Positions 59,001-64,000 of a stretch of 64,000 bases of DNA are shown one piece after another (position 1 is the first letter of the stretch; every line of letters starts with the position of its first letter). The translations under genes and the position numbers were made by a program. Location: IMG/VR virus record IMGVR_UViG_3300029288_000079, positions 64,001-128,000 of that record; one strand, written 5' to 3'. Source of the stretch: a virus (taxonomy: Duplodnaviria; Caudoviricetes). The notes beneath the pieces are model-generated. The model was not told the DNA's origin. It made no database searches and saw only the letters and a program-made list of their open reading frames with translations.

Positions 59001-62000
59001 GCACAGTAAATAGCATAAAGTAAATTTACTTTTTTAGGATCTACTTCTATAGGTTTAATATCCCAGGAGAGGTTTTCATTTATTAATTTAATATCATTTA
59101 TATTAACAGCCCACCCTAGACGAGAAGTACCTGGATGACTTATTGATAAAAGAGAGAAATTATCCCAATCAACACTAACATACCCATCACCTCTTAATTC
59201 TGTTATAGTACCTTTACTACCCTTCCGTATAGGTTCCACATTATTAACATAATAGGCTTCATCATCACGTATGAATTCTATTCTATCCCCTATTTCGAAT
59301 TCTCCAGGAATTCTAGGTAAGTCCCAGCTTAAACTAGATCCATAAGGCATCAAAGGACGCATATCGTTTACTTTATCAAGAGTTCTATGCAAGCCACGTT
59401 CAAACCACATATCAGAATCATCTTTATCAAGCTTTCTAGCTGCAGGATCCTGCTGTTGTTTCTGATCCGTCGGTCCTCTACGAACCACCTCTTCAGGTTG
59501 TGGATCTAACACACTATCATATTCATCTGAAGCTTTAACCTCAAATGGAAATACACCTACAAATCTTATAGGTTTTAAAGTAGTAATATTAGTAAAACTT
59601 AATTTTCCACCATCAATAATCACCTTAGCTAATTCAGGCTTTGCTAAAAGTTCATTAAAAAATGCTTCAGCATCTTCTTCACTAAATCCAACATACCGAT
59701 ATGCATAATTAATTTTTACAGCTACAACTACTCCATAAGTATTGTAGAGATTAGCGTATGTCATCCACCCTAAGAAACTCTCAGGATTTGATATATCAGG
59801 TTTTGCGGGAGATATATCCCATGACATTTTCTCTGGATCTTTAAATTTATTCAAAAGATTAATTATCACTCTATCATGATCATCTAAATAATCTTTTTTA
59901 GTTATGTAAGATGCCTCCCTATCTGAAAGTGCCAAATTAGAAATTCTAGCTACATCAGCATTTGATGGACTATCATCTATATCTTGATGAATTAGCGTAG
60001 ATGGAAAATACTTTATATCATTTTCTCCGGGCAACCAATCCTTTGGAGTAGTTATATCTAAGTGATCTTCTTGTCTAAAGAATAAAGCCTGCTGATCAAA
60101 CTGATCTTTAGACATATCTATATCTGATTTATCTGTATAAGATTCCGGAGTTGAAACTTTTATAGATGCTTCTCTTATATCTCCATCCTGCAAAGAATCT
60201 TCATTCTTTCTACGATCTAACTCTTGTTCAATCCATTCCCTTAACTTCAGATCAAATACACTAAAACATTGCTCCGCATCCTCTATAATGCTATTCAATG
60301 ACTTTAGTTCTTTTTCAAGGTTCTCTGTAGGTCCTTTTAGTAATTTTACAACCCAATTCTCCTCAGGCTTGGGATCTGAAATATCCCATGCCAACTTACT
60401 AATCTTTTCCTTTACCTTACCTGAATTTAATGATACTTTATACATCTCATCATCCGAGAACTTACAACATATTTCTTTTGCTGACCAACTAAAAGGTTTG
60501 AGATCCTTAAGATTAGCTTTACCATTACCCTCGTATTTTAATGTAACATGGGGTAAGTATCCAAACTTGCGATCAAATTCATCAATTACTGATTCAACGG
60601 CTTCTAAACATTTCTGATAAACCTCGGCACCATCAATGCAATTAACCAATGCAGCAACTGTGTTATCTCCATTATCAAATGTACCTAAACCTGTAAATTT
60701 ACATTTTATCTTCTTATATTGTTTCGCTACTGATTGGATAGCCTTAACAATCTTTTTCTTTTCATTAGGCGTGAGTTTCTTATCCTTCACGCATATCAAT
60801 GTCATATGTAAGTCTTGATCAAGATTACTTATATGATTGAATCTTTTTCTAACAGACTTAGGAAGATCTAAATAAATGAATATCTCATCCTTGAATTCAT
60901 TTTTCTTAGATGCTGTGTTATCTATAGAAGGTATAAATTCTAAATCCTGAGCAATATAAAAAGACCAAGCAACATTATTACGTACTCCAGTTTTGTATTC
61001 TACTGTGTAGTAATGTTGTCCCAAATATTTCTCACCTTGATTCTCATAAAAAGTAGAACTGTTAATAGTATCTTCTGATATCCCCACAATTCTACCAGTA
61101 AGACCTATACCCATAGTAGCAAATTTGGGTCTTGCATACACACTTTTTGATAGTATCTTTACTTTGTCCCCAACTTTAAACTCTGGAGTGTATGATATAT
61201 CCCAAGATAAAGTTTCAAGTATTCCTATATATCGAATAGGTTTAAGCCATGTTAAATAACATTCAAATGTTTCAATATTTTTAGATAGTCTAGCCTCAGT
61301 TCTATTTACTCCTATAGTAGCAGCTACCTCATACCAATTACTAAAACCCATGCCCTGTCCTATTAATTTGATGCCCTGAATTACACAATACTGATTATCA
61401 AAATCTCTTTTACATAACCATCCTATAAAATCTTCGGGAGAACTATTATATGTAGGTACCTCAGGATCCATAGATATATTCCAAGATAAATGTGAGCCTA
61501 TTTTTTCTATGTATCTCTGCCAATAACTCAAGGGTATATCAAAATGAATTTCATTACCATCTTTATTATAGCCTTCAATAATGACCTTACCCCTCCCCCA
61601 GTTAGGTATGTCTTTAGGAAGTTCCCAAACATCACAACCTTCATCAACATAATTATATTTAAAATTAATTTCTACAACCTCAAATTCATTTTTATCAAAA
61701 TCATCAAAGTATTCATTATCAATATCAATTTCAGACGATGATTGAGGTATAAGACTTACCTTATCCCCAACTTTTAATTCTATATCAGGTATATCCCAAG
61801 CCAAAGCTGATCTATAATCTTCCAACATACTATGTAGATGTAATGGAAAATCATATTTTTCATCAACGATAGTAGTTCCAAAATCTTGCTCTATATCCAC
61901 ATCAGATTTATTTTCAGGTTTCATCCATACCGCATTCTTCAAAATAAGCTTATTATCATTTTTTCTCTCATACTCAATAGGATGATTTGGAGATAATACC

Positions 62001-63616
62001 AATGCAAATCCTGACCGACTATACCATATCTGACTTGGTTGTGCTTCTTTTATAAATTTCTCTACAGCAGCTTCATTAGCAGCAGTAGACTCAAAAGATA
62101 ATTTATCATTCACAACTTCTAAAAAATCTTCCCATTTATTGTATGGAAATGTATTTGTAGCTCCATGAAAATGAACATATACTCTTCCTGTGTATAATCC
62201 TCCACAATCATACTCATATTCATGATCAGGCAAAATTTCAATAACTTTTCCTACAGATCCCTGAAAATAAGAATCTACATCAATATTATCTAAATAATTT
62301 CTATCAGCTATGACTCGAACAATATCCCCTTCTTTTATGTTAGTAATAATATCCCAAGACTTCTTATTATTATTAGAATCTATGAGTGTAACCCACCTAT
62401 CATAATCTGGAAGAGGTATGATAAAAGATATCATATCACCCTCTACGTCTTTACCTTCTATACGCATGGCTCCTGCATGTCCTTCGGAAGAAAACCATGA
62501 ACTACTTTTTTTCACAATTGTAACTACAAAATCATTTTTGTCAAAGAGATTACTAAACGTAACAGGATCTGAATATGCTGGATCCTTAATAATCTCATGT
62601 AAATTTTCAGGTATTATGGAAAAGTGGTCCCCAATTTTAGGTACATACAGTTTAATGTTCCATTCTTCAGAAAATCTCAAACTACTAGTAGTTTCTTGTG
62701 TATATTCCCATATATCTTCTTGAGCTTTAGCTAGTAAACTATCAAAATCAATATTCTTATTAGTTCGTTTAGCAGCTTGTCTTGCATATTTTATAGCATT
62801 AGCAGCAAAAAAAGCAGCAGCATTATCAGAAAAAAAAGCAGCAGCATTATCAGCATAATAAGCAGTAGCATAAGCAGCATAATAAGCAGTAGCATTAGCA
62901 GCATAAGCAGCAGTAGCAGCATAACCAGCAGCAGCATTAGCAGCAGAATAAGCAGAATAAACTTTATCTCTATTTTCTTTACTAGGATTCTTAAAACAAG
63001 TTTTTGCTGCTTCTATACATTTTCTAACTCTATCATCATTAGGATATTGCTCTTCATAAATACTTAATACAGCTTCTGCACAGTATATAGCATAAAGTAA
63101 ATTTACTTTTTTAGGATCTACTTCTATAGGTTTAATGTCCCAGGAGAGAGTATTTGAATCTCCTTCAAGATTTATAATATCTGCTTTTATAACAGCCCAA
63201 TGTTTATTTGCATCACCGAAAGCATCTTCACATGTGGGCTGATTATCCCAATCTACAAATACAAAATCCTGGCCCTTCATTAAATCCATAACCACACCCG
63301 TAGAACCATATGAGACTTCACAACTATAATCAATGGTCCCCCAATAAGAATTTCGATCTTTCTTAATCCATTTAACTCTATCACCTATTTCAAACTGGCC
63401 CGGCTTTCTAATCGTAACTATGTCCCATGCACTTACAGGAGTTCCATATTCCTTAACTTTAAATAATTCCTTATCTTCTCTATCCAAATCTGGAAGAGCT
63501 AGATCTGTATTCCAAGGTTCTTGAAAATCTAAGGAATTATATCCAGGGGCAGGAGACTCCTTTTCAAAAGGATCACCTATACTTTTCAATCTATCTATGA
63601 TAACATCTTTTGCCAT
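56051..63616 (-). CDS. Giant SWDI-linked modular polyprotein (2521 aa) with a 2H phosphoesterase, two Imm5-like and many SH3/KOW-like modules
   Basis: 16 [SA]W[DN][IL] linkers plus EEWNI; HMT and HVT 2H motifs. Confidence 0.8.
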   Translation of the reverse strand: MAKDVIIDRLKSIGDPFEKESPAPGYNSLDFQEPWNTDLALPDLDREDKELFKVKEYGTPVSAWDIVTIRKPGQFEIGDRVKWIKKDRNSYWGTIDYSCEVSYGSTGVVMDLMKGQDFVFVDWDNQPTCEDAFGDANKHWAVIKADIINLEGDSNTLSWDIKPIEVDPKKVNLLYAIYCAEAVLSIYEEQYPNDDRVRKCIEAAKTCFKNPSKENRDKVYSAYSAANAAAGYAATAAYAANATAYYAAYATAYYADNAAAFFSDNAAAFFAANAIKYARQAAKRTNKNIDFDSLLAKAQEDIWEYTQETTSSLRFSEEWNIKLYVPKIGDHFSIIPENLHEIIKDPAYSDPVTFSNLFDKNDFVVTIVKKSSSWFSSEGHAGAMRIEGKDVEGDMISFIIPLPDYDRWVTLIDSNNNKKSWDIITNIKEGDIVRVIADRNYLDNIDVDSYFQGSVGKVIEILPDHEYEYDCGGLYTGRVYVHFHGATNTFPYNKWEDFLEVVNDKLSFESTAANEAAVEKFIKEAQPSQIWYSRSGFALVLSPNHPIEYERKNDNKLILKNAVWMKPENKSDVDIEQDFGTTIVDEKYDFPLHLHSMLEDYRSALAWDIPDIELKVGDKVSLIPQSSSEIDIDNEYFDDFDKNEFEVVEINFKYNYVDEGCDVWELPKDIPNWGRGKVIIEGYNKDGNEIHFDIPLSYWQRYIEKIGSHLSWNISMDPEVPTYNSSPEDFIGWLCKRDFDNQYCVIQGIKLIGQGMGFSNWYEVAATIGVNRTEARLSKNIETFECYLTWLKPIRYIGILETLSWDISYTPEFKVGDKVKILSKSVYARPKFATMGIGLTGRIVGISEDTINSSTFYENQGEKYLGQHYYTVEYKTGVRNNVAWSFYIAQDLEFIPSIDNTASKKNEFKDEIFIYLDLPKSVRKRFNHISNLDQDLHMTLICVKDKKLTPNEKKKIVKAIQSVAKQYKKIKCKFTGLGTFDNGDNTVAALVNCIDGAEVYQKCLEAVESVIDEFDRKFGYLPHVTLKYEGNGKANLKDLKPFSWSAKEICCKFSDDEMYKVSLNSGKVKEKISKLAWDISDPKPEENWVVKLLKGPTENLEKELKSLNSIIEDAEQCFSVFDLKLREWIEQELDRRKNEDSLQDGDIREASIKVSTPESYTDKSDIDMSKDQFDQQALFFRQEDHLDITTPKDWLPGENDIKYFPSTLIHQDIDDSPSNADVARISNLALSDREASYITKKDYLDDHDRVIINLLNKFKDPEKMSWDISPAKPDISNPESFLGWMTYANLYNTYGVVVAVKINYAYRYVGFSEEDAEAFFNELLAKPELAKVIIDGGKLSFTNITTLKPIRFVGVFPFEVKASDEYDSVLDPQPEEVVRRGPTDQKQQQDPAARKLDKDDSDMWFERGLHRTLDKVNDMRPLMPYGSSLSWDLPRIPGEFEIGDRIEFIRDDEAYYVNNVEPIRKGSKGTITELRGDGYVSVDWDNFSLLSISHPGTSRLGWAVNINDIKLINENLSWDIKPIEVDPKKVNLLYAIYCAEAVLPIFESKYPNDSRPRAAIEAAKACLKNPSKENRNKAYSAGYAATAAADAAYDAAIDAAAYVANAAAYYVANAAAYAIDAAIDAAIDAAIDAAYAIKYAKRAAEQVNKNIDFDSLLAKAENDIWEYTQETTSSLRFRNNLNLSWDISPIFDPDDKDTTYKYNELPEDIQEKAIENLYDKNVDYDWWECTYDDAANIGLKITGFDIDRGSYCSGELTQSMSECIADIMRDHGNTCDTYKTALRFKESLRLLESERTEDNEYEIDGSIEDLEDEFKKALCDDYLTMLRHEYEYLTSKEAIIELIESNDYDFDTEGKIATDVLAWNISIDPELGDIANSQKEFRENARAGQVWRSKTLGSFLYIKSNPNIFIVTEDSSEISAIKAGKALSIRSSQWFGSNEDRHWKSVAISDRCYVMDEAYPMELVQVENANKTRYMHSWDIPFLQEGHIVNTLEEFLEVAAPGQVWKDDTHLGDNYLHIGPNYENFGIYDFNNNEDNLESRAVNLADSKYFSNIRPVYKIKYPKTAYAVVWESNMPMTLVKVDDNINTLAWDISNTPAWQMQDIENILTNNGRFKNKSERVVGHKTIMHRVFGDGIAIRYWSTDVVVFYGDRIIVDNGNYNTPTTKSRINFWLNKFNVPGSVFSKRGEMLYTLNYDFEHPYKFDANYRIEIGWDGIPIGNYEQLQPRQRRQRRVDPVEPETQLNLIPESEAEEPDIDMETPDHIAPEACDISASEIAIDNNIRNIYIESDINEDNYEQNIDLSQYNLFDTIVPKKESKKTEGIPTQELQHLAIHCMERHDNALPRLSWDIPDIDPKVGDKVKILSKSIGNLDPNFVKSIIGKIGYIYLIFKNSEEANRDAKGVCPAGLTKKYLEEPIYNVFISEEGSVYMLSKDIEIVDQYSEQKQSWDIPIIENEFIAGDRVRLKNDVFNFIGISEVNLAKGSEGTLLKQCGNPYYWYVILDTYTHLKDSWFIFYTDMELI
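62660..63145. repeat. 486-bp module duplication, copy B
   Basis: Appears identical to 46808..47293; a diverged third copy lies at ~58590..59070. Confidence 0.9.
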
Positions 63617-63618
63617 AG

Positions 63619-64000
63619 TTATTCTTCAAATTTTAAACCACCCGATACTTCTGCTTTAGGAGTTTTACCATTATTACCATACCCATAGTCAATACCAAAT
63701 TCTAAACCCTTACTTGGTCTATATCTTTGCTCAGGATATACTGAAGGATGTCTGCATTCTGCACATAGACCTGAAGGATTACCCATCGTATTTCTACCAC
63801 ATTCTCGACATTCATGACTTAATGGAAGATTCATCTCTCTAGCTGAATGAAGCCCCCCTAATCTTTCCATTATACTATCTTCAAAAAAGTTTAGTGAACT
63901 TTCTGCTGATAAATACTGTAGCATCTTATTTATTTTTTCTATTCTCTCAATATTACCCTCGGACTTAGCTTGTGCTAATTCATCTAAATATTCATCCATA
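63619..64000 (-). CDS. C-terminal part of a gene entering from the right
   Basis: Open to the window edge; shares the DEYLD..AK.EGN...INKMLQYLSAESSL.F module with 42877..45249. Confidence 0.7.
   Translation of the reverse strand, partial: MDEYLDELAQAKSEGNIERIEKINKMLQYLSAESSLNFFEDSIMERLGGLHSAREMNLPLSHECRECGRNTMGNPSGLCAECRHPSVYPEQRYRPSKGLEFGIDYGYGNNGKTPKAEVSGGLKFEE

Noticed and set aside
46808-63145. Repeat pair as a DGR template/variable repeat
   Set aside because: The two copies look identical and both are coding; the third differs at non-adenine sites and by indels; no reverse transcriptase in the window
1-64000. tRNA/rRNA genes, integrase, terminase
   Set aside because: None recognised by eye; intergenic gaps are short and show no cloverleaf with T-loop consensus

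Overview
AT-rich segment of a large contractile-tailed (myovirus-type) phage genome; almost every gene is on the minus strand. Read from right to left it contains head genes, neck genes, a long fibre and lysis candidates, tail genes, baseplate genes, and then phosphoesterases and two glycosyltransferases. The head genes are portal, an intein-containing prohead protease, scaffold, decoration protein and a major capsid gene split by two group I introns, one carrying a LAGLIDADG endonuclease. The most unusual feature is a set of four giant ORFs around the portal/protease genes. They are in-frame arrays of small unrelated domains (2H phosphoesterase, GNAT, Imm5-like, SH3/KOW-like and others) separated by a recurrent [S/A]-W-[D/N]-[I/L/V] linker, and one module is copied exactly from linker to linker between two genes. 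Other findings: an S-G-S motif spread across many predicted exterior virion proteins next to glycosyltransferases; a nested 7A/7B 'matryoshka' baseplate protein; Ala-rich tracts made only of NNT codons; and a structured capsid-gene leader RNA. All product calls come from motifs and gene order, not database searches; the host cannot be identified.
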